Assembly (NCBI GenBank): GCA_964016885.1
Contig: OZ024745.1
Span: forward strand, 98,518,001-98,582,000
Reading direction: 5' to 3'
Length of the DNA stretch: 64,000 nt
DNA from: Eledone cirrhosa
Taxonomy: Eukaryota
Shown: piece after piece, positions 10,970 through 25,405 of the stretch
Position numbering within the stretch: the first letter of the stretch is position 1
Layout of the letters: each line of letters opens with the position of its first letter
The notes under the pieces: model-generated
What the model saw: only the letters and a program-made list of their open reading frames with translations
The model's database searches: none
Told to the model about the DNA's origin: nothing
Position numbers and translations under genes: made by a program

Positions 10970-13147
10970 CCTAACTCGTCCCTTGGACTGAGTGCTCTAC
11001 CACGTCGATGCTCTTACCAAGTACGTCCTTGAAACTGAACCACAACTTCTTCCGGACCAACGTCGTGCTTACACCATTGTTGCCGACCATGTGCGCCACA
11101 GAAAAGGAGGTATGTTCTTTCTGGATGGTCCTGCAGGGACTGGCAAAACATTTTTAACGAGACTCCTCCTTTCAAAAGTCAGGAAAGGACATTGCGGTTG
11201 CTGTTGCCTCTTCTGGAATTGCTGCCACTTTGTTGCCCGGTGGCAGGACCGCACACTCCAGTTTTAAATTGCCTCTCAATTTAACAACGTCAGAAACGCC
11301 TACTTGCAACATCAGCAAGACCTCCGACCAGGGCCAAGTCCTCAAACGATGTCAACTCATTGTGTGAGATGAGTGCACCATGGCCCATAATGGAGCTCTG
11401 GACGCATTAAAAAGAGCTCTAAAGGACATCAGAGGCTGCCAGGCTCTCATGGGAGGTGTTACGCTTCTGCTTTTGGGAGACTTCAGGCAGACTCTTCCCG
11501 TCATTCCCAAAGGCACAAGAGCAGATGAGGTCCAAGCATGCCTAAAGTCCTCTCCTCTGTGGCTCCATCTCAGGACACAGATTCTTACAACCAACACGAT
11601 AGCTCAATTACACGGCGACCAAACGTCCGCGGAATTTGCACAGGACATTTTGAAACTTGGCGACGGCAAAATAACTCTGGACGCTGCAGGAGAGCTGGAA
11701 ATGTGGCCATTTTCGACCTCAGTTAATTCTGCAGGGGAGCTGAAAGACAAAGTGTTTCCAGATTTGAGAGAGAATTACCAGAATCACGCATGGTTGTGTG
11801 AAAGAGCAGTGCTAGCTCCAAAAATCGTCGCTGTTAACAAAACCAACGACCAAGCACTTCACTCTCTTCCTGGTGTTCTTGACACTTACAAATCTGTTGA
11901 CACGATGCCAGATCCCAATGAAGTGGTGAACTTTCCGCCGGAGTTCCTCAATTCTTTGGAGCCCCCAGGACTACCGCTTCACAAGCTTCTCCTTAAAGTT
12001 GGCACCCCGGTAATGCTGCTGCGGAATTTGGAACCACCAAGACTGTACAACGGGACACAGCTGGCTGTAAAAAAATTGATGGCACATGTAATCGAGGCAA
12101 CAATCATTTCTGGATGCAGAAAAGGTGATGTTGTCTTCATTCCGAGAATTCCTCTCATTCCCTCGGGAGCAGAAATTCCGTTCACCTTCCAAAGACTCCA
12201 ATTTCTGCTTCGGGTCAGTTTTGCTATGTCCATCAACAAGTCCCAGGGCCAGACTCTTTCTGTGGCCGGACTTCTTCTGGCAGAACCGTGTTTCTCCCAC
12301 GGACAATTGTACGTTGGGTGCTCTAGAGTGGGCAGCAGGGAAAGTCTTTTCGCATTTGCACGCCGAGGAAAAACAAGAAACATCGTTTACAACGAGGTGT
12401 TGTAAATACAACAGCGAGGAGATAGGTCCGTAATCACCATTTCTTTAGCCAGCCTGATGAGCTTTTAAACAGTCCCTTAACTAAAACGTATGTTTCCCTC
12501 GGTTTAAGGTGATCGCCTTCGGAGAGGAACCCAGCTTGACAATCGGCGCGGGAATTTAAGGCGGCTGAACAAATCGTGAATGCATACAGGGTCATTCTAA
12601 TGGTTGCCAATGAACGCAACTGAAGTCTTTTTTGCGGCCGTTGGAGAACGCAGTCAAAGTCCTTTCAAGGGCTGCAAGTGAACGATCAAACGGCCCTTTT
12701 TAGGGCCGAAATTGTTGATGGTGACCCTTCATTTTTAGGGCTGTCAGTGAACGCACAGACAACCCTATTTAAGGGGCCCTACTTGAAATTGTTTGACGGC
12801 TACCGCAATGGTCAATTCAAGTGGACAGACAGGTACCTTATCGCTCTTCTTAACAAGCCCGGTTTACCTTTACTTATTTTTCCTAACAACATTTGCTTCC
12901 TTTGGTTAAAGGTGAACATACACACGAGCCTTTCTTAGCCCCCCCCCCCTCCTCCATGGTATCGGAAATTTATTTTGCTCACAACAATTTTTTTTTTTTA
13001 TGAACTCAGAATTGATTTCATCGTGTGTCCCAATTGAAGAATAAATTAAATTTAGAATAACACATTTCTATACAACATATTTTGCTCTTTTCTTCTAATA
13101 TGTAAGGAACAATTTCATTCCCGGGCAACGCCGGGTGCCTATGCTAG
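10970..13147 (+). mobile_element. 5'-truncated Helitron with PIF1-family helicase pseudogene (10992-12405)
   Basis: GPAGTGKT, (W>stop)DE, GDFRQTLPV, FAMSINKSQGQTL, HGQLYVGCSRV; 3' hairpin CCGGGCAACGCCGG then CTAG|T at 13144-13147. Confidence 0.92.
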
Positions 13148-13149
13148 TA

Positions 13150-16100
13150 TTTAATAAAAAAAAAACAAATAATGAAATATTACGTGTTATTGACGAAATA
13201 GGGGATGAATATTTACGAGGGACAAAACCCCCAACATTTTGGCAAATCAACGCCTGTTTGTATGCCTTAGCAACGACAATGAAGCATTATCTTGGTGATA
13301 GCAGAGATATTAACAAGAACAAAAAACCACCAAGAATACCATCATAAATAACTAAAATAGAAAAAAAGATTGCTGACCTACGAAAAACCATAGGAAATGT
13401 GACAATGATCCTTACATGCAAACAAACACAAAAAAACTTCATTCCTCACCAACAAAGAGTGGAAAATAAAATAGAGGCGATGTTTGGTAACAGTAGACCC
13501 AGAACTCTTCAATATAAGCTGATCACCCTCAAACAAGAATTGAGAGCTGTTAGCGAAAAACGCCGATACATGAAGAAGGTAGATGAAAGAAAAGTGCTGA
13601 ATAAGAGATTCAGATGAAACCAAACATTAGTCTATAGAGATATGAAGAGCAAAATAGTAAGTGTCACTGAGGCCCCATCCGAGAAAGACAGATTCCTTTT
13701 GGAGCAAAATATGGGGTGAAAAGAAGAATTTCAACCAAGATGCAGTGTGGCTAAAAGAAATCCGAAAGAACTATTGCTCCTACACTTCAACAAAAACATA
13801 CGAAATAAGTGAGGGTACCCTTGAGACTGCGATAGGAAAACCCCAAGATAAGAAAACACCAGGAAGAGACATGATTGTCGGCTACTGGTACAAAAAACTG
13901 ATATGCTGTCGGAGGTATTTCACTGACCTCTACCAACAAGTTCTTAAGGGAGATACACTTATAACAGAATGGTTTACATTAGCACAAACATTACTGGTCC
14001 CCAAGAACAAAGACACACACTTCGCAAAAAAACTAGCGACCCATTGCATACCAGATCCTGATGTATAAGATGTATACAGCCTGCCAGCACCTGATGTATA
14101 AGATGTATACAGCATGCCTGAACCTATTCCTCCAAGATCACTGTGAAAATAACATCATCATCACAGATGAACAAGCAGCTGGAAAGAAAGGGGTTTGGGG
14201 ATGTGCTGAACAACTCCTAATCAACAAAATTGCGATGTCGGAGGTGCGAAAACTTAGGAGGAATATGGTTACAGTCTGGCTGGACTACAGGAAAGCCTTC
14301 GATTCTGTTCCACACTCTTGGACGATAGAGGCCCTCCAACTTGCTAAAGTCCCAGACATTATTATCAAAGCCATAGGGAAGCTGTATTCTTCTTGGGCTA
14401 CTATCCTAAGGTTAAAGGCAGAGAAGAAGGACTCTATTTTCACTGATAAAATAAAATATCGCACGGGTATATTTCAGGGAGACAGTCTCTCTGTGATATT
14501 ATTCATCCTGTCATTAAACCCCTTGTCCTTTCTGCTCAAGAAATGTGAAGGATACATCATTGGCTCACAGGAGGACAGAAGTACGAACCTAACCCATAAT
14601 TTCTTTGTGGATGATCTGAAACTCTATGCCAAGAACATGGATGGGATGAAGAAAAATCTTGACCTGGTTACAACGTTCTCAAAGGATATAGGAATGGAAC
14701 GTGGCCAAGATAAATGCTCTTATATGACTGTAAAGCGGGGAAAAGCAACATCGTCATCAATGGCCTAACTGTTTCACCGATATCTGATGAGGACTGCTAC
14801 AGGTACCTGGGGGTAGATAAGAACATATCCTATATTGGTATCTGTAAGAACGCGTAACCAGGGAATACTACACCCGATTAAGAAAGATATGGTCATCGAA
14901 ATTCTCTGCGCGAAACAAAACAGTGGCTCACAATGTGTTTGCTGTGCCTGTCCTAACACCAACGTTTGGAATACTCAATTGGACGATAGACGAAATCCGT
15001 GCAGTTGATGTTGGAACTCGAAAAATACTGAACAACACCGGCAACTTCCACATCAACAGTGACATAGACCGCCTTTACTTGAAACGTAAGCAGGGAGGCA
15101 GAGGCCTAACATCAGTCCAGACAACATTTGAATGTCGCATCATATCTCTCCGACAACATCTACGAACCTCTAAGCGTAGGAGCCCGTTTCTCGAGCTAGT
15201 CTATCTGCATGAAACAGAGAAGATCATGAGAGTTGGGAAGGAACTCCTCGAGAGATATTCCCTGTGTGATAATCAAAAACTCACACCCAGGGATGTCGCT
15301 CAGCAGTATCGCAGTGAATCCATGTATGAAAAACTGCATGCCTATCAGCAAAAAATCATGCATGGATATGTTGCCAGGAAGCTCCAGAGTTAGAGTAATA
15401 TAGATAAGGAAAGTAGTCTATCTTGGACCAACAACCGCTATATTGGCTCCCACTTTGAAGGATATGCTTTTGCAATCCAAGAACAGGAAATTAACACGAA
15501 ATACCTGATTCACAAAAGAGATAGGGATGCAGGCAAAACACCTAGATGTGATAACAAGTGCAGACTCTGCAGAATTAACATCGAAGATGTCACCCATCAG
15601 CAGCTGTCCAAAGATGTCATCGCGATACTATTTACCTATGAGGCATGATGTAGTGGCCAAAACACTGTACAATGCAATCCGTAGAAAAGATAGCCCCAAT
15701 AATAAACACATTAAAAGCTACAGCAATGTGGAAGACATAATATGAAAGAGTACTGGTGGAATGTTCCAGTAAAAACCCCAATAAAATGCAGGCAAAACAG
15801 ACCAGATATTGTGATATGGGACAAGAAAAAGAAAGCATGCACAGTAGTGGAAGTTAGCTGCCCAGCGGATGCCAATATAATATCAAAGATTAGAGAAAAG
15901 GAGAATATTTATACAGAACTGATGAGAAATCTGCAGATATTAGACCTGATTACACCTTCAGATTTATGCCTGTGATTATTGAGGCACTGGGGTATGTTAG
16001 TAACTGCCTCAATACAAATATTGAGAAGCTAGGCTTCACAGGAACAGAAAGAACACAACTAGTTAGGAAATTACAAGTACAATCCATTAATGGAAGAGTA

Positions 16101-16330
16101 AAAATATGTAAAACATTCCCAAAATTTTGCATCTAATAACTGCATATACACATGTACAGATACAAAGCATATACACATGCACACATACAACTCAAAACAT
16201 CAACATCCACACATACATAACCTACCTAGTTGGTGTTGTGTAAATTCCAATGAGAGAGTCTTGTGTCTATGATAGAAACCGACTCTCTCTCTATTGGGAA
16301 AAAATTTGTGAAATTATAAAACCAGAAGAA
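13150..16330 (+). mobile_element. R4/Dong-like RLE non-LTR retrotransposon, family 1 (disrupted)
   Basis: WLDYRKAFDSVPH, GIFQGDSLS, FFVDDLK, RKQGGRGL, CRLC..H..C knuckle, RHD, RPDIVIWD..VEVSCP endonuclease; ends AAAACCAGAAGAA+(CATA)n. Confidence 0.9.
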
Positions 16331-16345
16331 TATACATACATACAT

Positions 16346-16796
16346 GGTGGCTGCCAACTCGTTTTCGAGTACGGCCACTACTTTATATCCATGTAAGAGA
16401 ACCCCTACCGATGCGCTGAACGAGTGTGACTTTTTAGTCCTGCCAGCGACTTGAAAACTCTGGTAGAAACACTACACTTGTGACAATTACTGACACATAG
16501 TGCTGGGCCCATGGTACCATGTGACGACAAGTGCAGAGACATCTCCAGATATAAAGCAATGCCTGTCAAAGAGCAAAGGAGCTCTTAAGAGTCAATCGCC
16601 ATCATAAATCACCGGGAGAGATGACCCCTTAGCCTTTGTCAAGGCAGAATTCTAGAAGGAAAACTCTGATATAACACTTGCAACCCTGATGGTATCCAAT
16701 GATGTTGACTTGTTCTTCTTTTTGGTAAGTATCATCTTGGTTAAGAGAGTGGGACTGGCTTTGTGCAGTGCCTTTGCTCACTATAAAAGCTTCACA
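16346..16796. mobile_element. Family C copy with internal inversion and truncation
   Basis: 16346-16566 colinear with other copies; 16567-16796 is the reverse complement of the adjoining consensus segment. Confidence 0.85.
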
Positions 16797-16870
16797 TACA
16801 TACATACATACATACATACATACATACATACATACATACATACATACATACATACATACATACATACATA

Positions 16871-18955
16871 AATTATATACTGGGTGCTTTAACCTGTTCT
16901 TACAGAATCACTGTGCTACCAACAACATCATAACACCTGAGCAAGCTGGTGGAAGGGGGAGGTGCGGGGTTGCATAGATCACCTACTAACTAATAAAATG
17001 ATTCAGGAAAAAACAACAAAGAATCGCAGAAACATGACTGTGTTGTGGCTGGACTATCAAAAAGCATTTGATAGTGTACCTCATGGGTGGATTATTAAGG
17101 CTTTACAGTTAGCTAAAGTCCCACAGCCATTGGTAGCTGCTGTTGAACGCCTGACCAAGAACTGGTATACCAATTTGATCCTTAGAGGTGAAAAGGTGCA
17201 AGTTAAGACTGATAAGATACATTACCAGAAGGGCATCTTTCAGGGTGATAGTTTGTGAGTGCTACTCTTCGTTCTCTCACTAAATCCACTATCTTACCTA
17301 CTCAGGAAACAAGGTGGACAAAGAAGTGGGTCCAGAAGTATCCCCCATCTTTTCTTTGTTGATGACCTGAAGTTGTATGGGCCAAATATCAATGACATCA
17401 AGAAACAATTGGACCTCATTACACAATTTTCAACAGACATCAAAATGAAATTTGGTGAGTCCAAGTGTGCATATTTGGCAGTAAAACGTGCCCTCCTCTA
17501 GAAATCTAGAGATGAACGGCCTGACAATACAACCTCTACAGTCAGGTGACAACTACAGATATCTTGGACAGGATGAGAATGTCAGATATGATGGACCCAT
17601 AAATAAGGAGAGAACCAGAACTGAATACCTCAGAAGAGTAAAGAAAATATTGTCATCAGAACTGTCAGCGTACAACAAATACATTGCCCACAATACTTAT
17701 GCTGTGCCAATTCTAACGCCAACATTTGGCCTGCTGAACTGGTCATTGCAAGAACTAAGTGAGATGGATGTTAGAACTCGCAAACTTCTCAGTGTTACTG
17801 GGAACTTTAACATCAATGGTGATGTGGATAGGCTATACTTCTCGCGCAAGGAAGGTGGCCGGGGTCTAAAATCCATATTAACAACATATGAGACCCGGAT
17901 AGTAACACTGAAGCAACACCTTCAAAAGAGGAAAAAGGTTGGCAACCATCTTGCCCATGTTTATGAGCATGAAAAAAAAAATATCATTAGAATAGCGACT
18001 GATCTGGAGGAGAGATATGGAATAAAGCCTGATATAAATCTCTCACCCAGAGAAATCGGAAGATCCTATTCAATGTTCAAACAAGATGAAAAAATTGACC
18101 AATTTACAGAAAAAGTTGTGCATGGATACTTGAGACGTAAAACACAGACCATAGAGGGGATAAACCACTCAAAAAGCCTGGCATGGAGTTCCGACAAGTT
18201 TATGACATCACACCTTGAGGGATATCTCTATGCAATACAGGAACAAGAACTCCCTACTAAATATCTGCTGCACAAAAAAGGAAAGCCAGCAGCTGACAAT
18301 AAATGTAGGCTATGTAAAACAAAGATCGAGGATGTAAGCCACATTGTTGCCAGCTGCGAAAGAATGTCATCTCGCTACTACCTCCCCATGAGACACGATG
18401 GGATAGCTAGAACCATCTGGAACGCACTTCGGAAAACAAAATTAACAACAAACGAGGAAGAATATATTGAGACAGATGGCACTAAGGAATACTGGTGGAA
18501 CCTGAAAATAAAAACTGCCACCAAATTAAAGCACAACCGGCCTGATATTGTTGTTTGGGACCACACATTGAAAACGTGTTCTGTTGTGGAGATCAGCTGC
18601 CCACTTAATGTAAACGTTGTCAGAATAATACAGGAGAAGGAGGACTCTACGGACCATTGATGAGGAGTTTACAAATCCAGTATCCAAAATACACCTTTAG
18701 CTTAAAACCCATCATTATTGGAGCTACGGGTTATATACCAACCCGCTTGGACCAAAGTATGACTGAACTTGGATTTGCGGACAAAAAGCGCAGCTCCCTA
18801 ATTCATATTCTACAAATGGCTGCGATAGCTGGCACCTTCAAAATTTGCAAAATACTCTTGCGATTCAACGGATGACAATTTCTCTTCTTTTACAAGCTTG
18901 CCACCAGGAAGGTGGCCGGTCAAAAAAATATACTCGAAATTAAGAGAAAGAGATA
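16871..18955 (+). mobile_element. R4/Dong-like RLE LINE, family 2 (5'-truncated, disrupted)
   Basis: WLDYQKAFDSVPH, GIFQGDSL, FFVDDLK, CRLC..H..C, MRHD, HNRPDIVVWD..VEISCP; flanked by (CATA)n. Confidence 0.9.
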
Positions 18956-19251
18956 ATAACATACATACATACATACATTGAAGATTTCAAGCACGGGTAA
19001 ATTATGCCTGAGTAACATTAAAATGTTTTTCATTTACTAAATTATTCATTGGATTTCATGCTTACATTAGTATTTTCATAATGATTGAAAATTGTTCACT
19101 TTCTATATTTAATAATTAATATATTTATGTCAGGTAAAATTATGTATAAGATGTAAAAATTTCATGATTAACATTTACAATTCTTGTCATATAAATCACT
19201 GCTAAGAAGCTAACAAGGAAACGTATTACTGATACACAGACACACACATGT

Positions 19252-19366
<115 letters not shown>

Positions 19367-19383
19367 GAATATATATATATATA

Positions 19384-19464
<81 letters not shown>

Positions 19465-19575
19465 CATACACACAGAGATATAAACGTGTAAACATGTATT
19501 TATGTATGCGCGTGTATGGTTGGGGTTTTGTATGTTTAAAGAAAATAAGATTTAATGTAAATATACACCCACATA

Positions 19576-19636
<61 letters not shown>

Positions 19637-19676
19637 CTGTATGTGTATGCGTGTATATATATATATATATATATAT

Positions 19677-20591
19677 AGGATACGCTTTTGCAATTGAAGA
19701 ACAGGAAATTGACACGAAATACCTGATTCACAAAAGAGATAGGGATGCAGGCAAAACACCTAGGTATGATAACAAGTGCAGACTCTGCAGAATTAACATC
19801 GAGGATATCACCCATATCATAAGCAGCTGTCCAAAGATGTCATCGCGGTACTATCTACCTATGAGGCATGATGTAGTGGCCAAAACACTGTACAATGCAA
19901 TCCGTAGAAAAGATAGCCCCGATAATAAACACATTAAAAGCTACAACAATGTGGAAAACATCCATGTACATAATATGAAAGAGTACTTGTGGAATGTTCC
20001 AGTAAAAACCCCAATAAAATGCAGGCATAACAGACCAGATATTATGATATGCGACAGGGTGAGGAAAGCATGCACAGTAGTGGAAATTAGCTGCCCAGCA
20101 GATGCCAATATAATATCAAAGATTAGCGAAAAGGAGAATATTTATACAGAACTGATGAGAAATCTGCAGATACTCCACCCTGATTACACCTTCAGATTTA
20201 TGTCTGTGATTATTGGGGCACTGGGTTATGTTAGTAACTGCCTCAATACAAATCTTGAGAAGCTAGGCTTCACAGGAACAGAAATAACACAACTAGTTAG
20301 GAAATTACAAGTACAATCCATTAATGGAACAGTAAAAATATGTAAAACATTCCCAAAATTGTGCATCTAATAACTGCATATACACATGTACAGATGCAAA
20401 GCATATACACATGCACACATACAACTCAAAACATACACATCCACACATACAATAACATCCATATCTACACATGCATACATACATATCTACCTAGTTGATG
20501 TTGTGTAAATTCCAATGAGAGAGTCATGTGTCTATGTTAGAAACCGACTCCCTCTATTGGTAACAAATTGTGAAATTAAAAAACCAGAAGA
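19677..20591 (+). mobile_element. 3' fragment of R4/Dong family 1 (open knuckle + RLE ORF)
   Basis: High identity to 15460-16330; same 3' end followed by (CATA)n. Confidence 0.9.
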
Positions 20592-20619
20592 ACATACATA
20601 CATACATACATACATACAT

Positions 20620-20681
<62 letters not shown>

Positions 20682-20688
<7 letters not shown>

Positions 20689-20858
20689 AAGCGCAGCTCC
20701 CTAATTCATAGTCTACAAATGACTGCGATAGCTTTCACCTTCAAAATTTGCAAAACATTCTTGCGATTCAAGGGATGACAATTTCTTTTCTTTTACAACC
20801 TTGCCACCAGGAAGATGGCCGGTCAAAAAAATATACTCGAAATTAAGAGAAAGAGATA
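20682..20858 (+). mobile_element. 3' fragment of R4/Dong family 2
   Basis: Matches 18780-18955; followed by (CATA)n. Confidence 0.85.
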
Positions 20859-21191
20859 CATACATACATACATACATACATACATACATACATACATACA
20901 TACATACATACATACATACATACATACATACATACATGTATTTGTCTATGGGAACGTATGAATAAACAAGCAGACAGACAGACTTACCGGCGATATGAAT
21001 GAATTGATGGGAAAATCATATGGCAAAAAGACAATGCAAGCCATTTACCAAAATAGTAAAACAAATATATACAACACACACACAGACACACACACAGATA
21101 CATACATACATACATGCATACATACATACATACATACATACATACATACATACATACATACATACATACATACATACATACATACATACAT

Positions 21192-21800
21192 GGTGGCTGC
21201 CAACTCGTTTTCGAGTACGGCCACTACTTTATATCCATGTAGGAGAACCCCTACCGATGCGCTGAACGAGTGTGACTTTTTAGTCCAGCCAGCAACTTGA
21301 AAACTCTGGTACAAACACTACACTTGTGACAATTATTGACACATAGTGCTGGGCCCATGGTACCATGTGACGACAAGTGCAGAGAGATCTCCAGAAATAA
21401 AGCAATGCCTGTGCTGTGAAGCTTTTATAGTGAGCAAAGGCACTGCAGAAAGCCAGTCCCACTCTCTTAACCAAGATGATATTTACCCAAAAAAAGAACA
21501 AGTCAACATCATTGGAAACCATCAGGGTTGCAGGTGTTATATCAGAGTTTTCCTTCTCCTAGAATTCTGCCTTGACAAAGGCTAAGGGGTCATCTCTCCC
21601 GGTGATTTTGGATGGCCATTGACTCTTAGGAGCTCCTTTGCCCTTTGACAGGTTTTGTTTTTAGTCCTGCAGGATGTCCAAAGTCACCCTCCTCACCAAG
21701 AAACCTTGGTGGGGTTGCCAGTTTAGTCGCCAACGACCCGACCATGGGACAGGTTGTACTGGGATACATGTTACCAGTAGCACCAACTGGTGACCTGACA
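21192..21800 (-). mobile_element. Family C, full-length copy
   Basis: Near-identical to 2629-3237; (CATA)n on both sides. Confidence 0.85.
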
Positions 21801-21832
<32 letters not shown>

Positions 21833-21935
21833 CATACATATATACATACATATACATACATACATAGATTTACATACATACATACATATACATACATACA
21901 TATACATACATGCATATATACATACATACATACAT

Positions 21936-22543
21936 GGTGGCTGCCAACTCGTTTTCGAGTACGGCCACTACTTTATATCCATGTAGGAGAACCCCTACCA
22001 ATGCGCTGAACGAGTGTGACTTTTTAGTCCAGCCAGCGACTTGAAAACTCTGGTACAAACACCACACTTGTGACAATTATTGACACATAGTGCTGGGCCC
22101 ATGGTACCATGTGACGACAAGTGCAGAGAGATCTCCAGATATAAAGCAATGCCTGTGCTGTGAAGCTTTTATAGTGAGCAAAGGCACTGCACAAAGCCAG
22201 TCCCACTCTCTTAACCAAGATGATATTTACCAAAAAGAAGAACAATTCAACATCATTGGATACCATCAGGGTTGCAGGTGTTATATCAGAGTTTTCCTTC
22301 TCCTAGAATTCTGCCTTGACAAAGGCTAAGGGGTCATCTCTCCCGGTGATTTTGGATGGCTATTGACTCTTAAGAGCCCCTTTGCCCTTTGACAGGTTTT
22401 GTTTTTAGTCCTGCAGGATGTCCAAAGCCACCCTCCTCACCAAGAAACCTTGGTGGGGTTGCCAGTTTAGTCGCCAACGACCCGACCATGAGACAGGTTG
22501 TACTGGGATACATGTTACCAATAGCACCAACTGGTGACCTGAC
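21936..22543 (-). mobile_element. Family C, full-length copy
   Basis: Near-identical to 21192-21800; (CATA)n on both sides. Confidence 0.85.
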
Positions 22544-22582
22544 ACATACATACATACATACATACATACGTACATACATACA

Positions 22583-22614
<32 letters not shown>

Positions 22615-23489
22615 CATTTACATTCATACATACATACATTCATATATACATACACATATATATATATATAAATATATGTAAGTCTGACTGTGTGTGTGTG
22701 TGTAAGTGTGTGTGTGTGTGTGAATGTAAATGTCTGTGTGTGTCTGTCTAGTATGTATATATATCTAGTATTAAGGATACTATTTATGGTTATGTATATA
22801 ATAAAACCTTATATATTTATATATATTTTAAACCCTAAATACTGGAAGACAGTAATTCATTACTATCTTATTACCAGTAAGATAAATAGCTCGATGTAAT
22901 AACATCAGTTGTTTCACAGAGCAGTTATATAGAAATTATTGTTTCCTCCAAACCGAGGTTTGGATTCTTTGGAGCAACTATTTAGTGATTTTTACATACA
23001 TGACCTCCTTTTCAACACAAGAGACATATAAAAACATATGTATATATTGACCCACAGTGGGTTGACATCCATCATAATAATATAATAATATGGCAATTTA
23101 CATACATTCATATTAAAGGACAAAATTAAAGTTAAAATTAAAATTAAAATAAATAAAAATAAAAATAAAAATAAAACATTGGCAGTTTATGAAGATAAAG
23201 CAAGAGGAAAGTTTAGAGTAGTCAGTGTACGAAATAGTCTCACGTGTGGCATGCACGCGTGTCTTATTTATACAGTATTATAGTGCGGCAGATTGATACA
23301 TGTAAAACAAGCAGTTAAAGCAGGCAATCAATAGCATCATGGGGTCTGTATTGTTAAAGCATTTTTCACACACACCTGTACGATATATACGTGTAAGCCC
23401 GTTTGTAGAGAAACACCAAAAATATAACAAATGTAACAAATATATATATATAATGGCTACCCTTTAAATTTCATTGATATATATATATA

Positions 23490-23678
23490 CTACGGTGAAT
23501 TGTCAATATCGGTAGCTGATCGGACGTCATGCTTTGCAGCAAAGAGTTACGGCCCTTTATGGTCTGAGTTCAAATCCCGCCGAGGTTAACTTTGCCTTTC
23601 ATCCTTATGAGGTCGATAAAATAAAGTACCAGTAATACACTGGGATAATGCTGGCCTTGTGCCATATGTAGAAACAAT
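23490..23678 (+). mobile_element. SINE family A
   Basis: B-box and core match. Confidence 0.8.
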
Positions 23679-23717
23679 TTATATATAAATTAAGACGTTG
23701 GTTAGGATGATTTACGG

Positions 23718-23898
23718 CAGGCATGTCAAATATGCAGCTCTTTCCAAGCACACCCGCGGCCCGCACAAAGGTTTTTACAGCGCGAGCATGCTTTATCTTC
23801 GTAAAATAAATTTTTTTTTAATTTGTTGTAATGTTCGCAATTAGTTGTTGTGTGTGGCCCTATGTGGCCCTCGGAGGACCCTCAGTTTGACATGCCTG
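23718..23898. mobile_element. hAT-type MITE
   Basis: 13-bp TIR CAGGCATGTCAAA / TTTGACATGCCTG. Confidence 0.7.
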
Positions 23899-24138
23899 CT
23901 TTACTATATTCATTCCAACTCATTGGTCAACTTTGCCTTTCATCCTTTAGATAAAAAAAGTACCAGTTTGGTACTGGGGTCGATTCTTCCTCTATAGAAA
24001 AAATCGGCTGTGTTTAGACCTAGAGAGGGTTGGGCTCCGCCAGGTTTAAATGTGTTCTTAGACACACCGTATGACAGTGCCTCTACGACTCCACAGAGAA
24101 TTATGGGGTCTTTATCCTATCTTTTATATATATATATA

Positions 24139-24770
24139 CTAGCAAAATACCCGTCAAACGTGATGGGTTTTATTGTAAAAAATATTTTATATAATATTTT
24201 TTTTAAAACAACATTATATATAAAAATGCTTGAATCCTCGACTTTTCCTGTTCCTTTTCACTCTGCCGTATTTCATTTTACATCATGCAATTTCAATCCT
24301 ATTCTTCCATTATTTTCTTTAATCATTATTAAACATATATATACTGGCGGTGAATTAGCAGTATCGGTAGAGGGTCGGACGCCATGCATTCTAGCATAGT
24401 TACGTCCCTTTACAGTCTGAGTTCAAATCCCGTTGAGGTTAACTTTGCCTTTCATCCTTACGGGGTCGATAAAATAAAGTACCAGTAATGGACTGAGTAT
24501 TTGCTGGCCTTGTGCCAAAAGTAGAAACAATTATTAAACATATATGCACTAAATTATTTAATTTATGATATATACTGCTTGTATTTTCGTTGTGGTTTTA
24601 TCCCCTTAACCACAGTTTTCAATTTGTCACGCTATTTAACGTATGTTTTTTACTCTGAGATGTAACTTATCGATTTCTCGATATCTTCTTATTGAGTGCT
24701 TCGTGCAAAGCTTCCGAATGTTGTTTTTTCCGTGGATGCTGGCCGATCGCTGCAACTTCGATTTTACTTA
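24139..24770 (-). mobile_element. Non-autonomous Helitron (3' part) with nested SINE A at 24346-24533
   Basis: A|CTAG plus hairpin ACCCGTCA..TGATGGGT; internal similarity to 63830-63900; SINE has TSD ATTATTAAACATATAT. Confidence 0.6.
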
Positions 24771-24778
24771 GTTTCATT

Positions 24779-24822
<44 letters not shown>

Positions 24823-25405
24823 GCCAGGAACTTTTCAGCACCCCGGTATATATATATGTATATATATATATGTTTGTGTGTGTGTGTGCGTGAAGCCAGG
24901 AAGATTTCAGCACCCGGCATATATATATATATATATATGTATGTGTCTATATATGCATGTGTGTGTGTGTGGTGTATGGATGGATGGGGGAGGGGGTAAT
25001 ATATACAAAAACAACAAATGCAAAGCAAAACAACACACGATTCCACCCACACACCATAAACAACAGCACTAGCGCAATTAAAATTAGACATACGCAGCAG
25101 TTTATAAATAGTCGAATGCATATAGATACACAAGAAGATATTTGTGTTAGTGGTGCTAGTGCGTAGAGATTGCAGAAATTGTGCGGAGTTACAAAAGAAC
25201 CAAGAATTGAAATTTGGGCCAGGTCAGGCTGTTTATCTTTAATGACATCTGCGGAGAAATGCGTAAATAAGATTTGTTTACATATAAAAAAAAACCTGTG
25301 TTTCCATACAAATCTTTAGCAGCTTCGATCAAATCATGTACTGTTTCTGTATAGATACGTATTCATAGTAAAGTCCAGCTGCTTCGATCACAATTTAATA
25401 TATAT

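Noticed and set aside
12454-12490. CTGATGA as a hammerhead core
   Set aside because: No GAAA or stem I partner.
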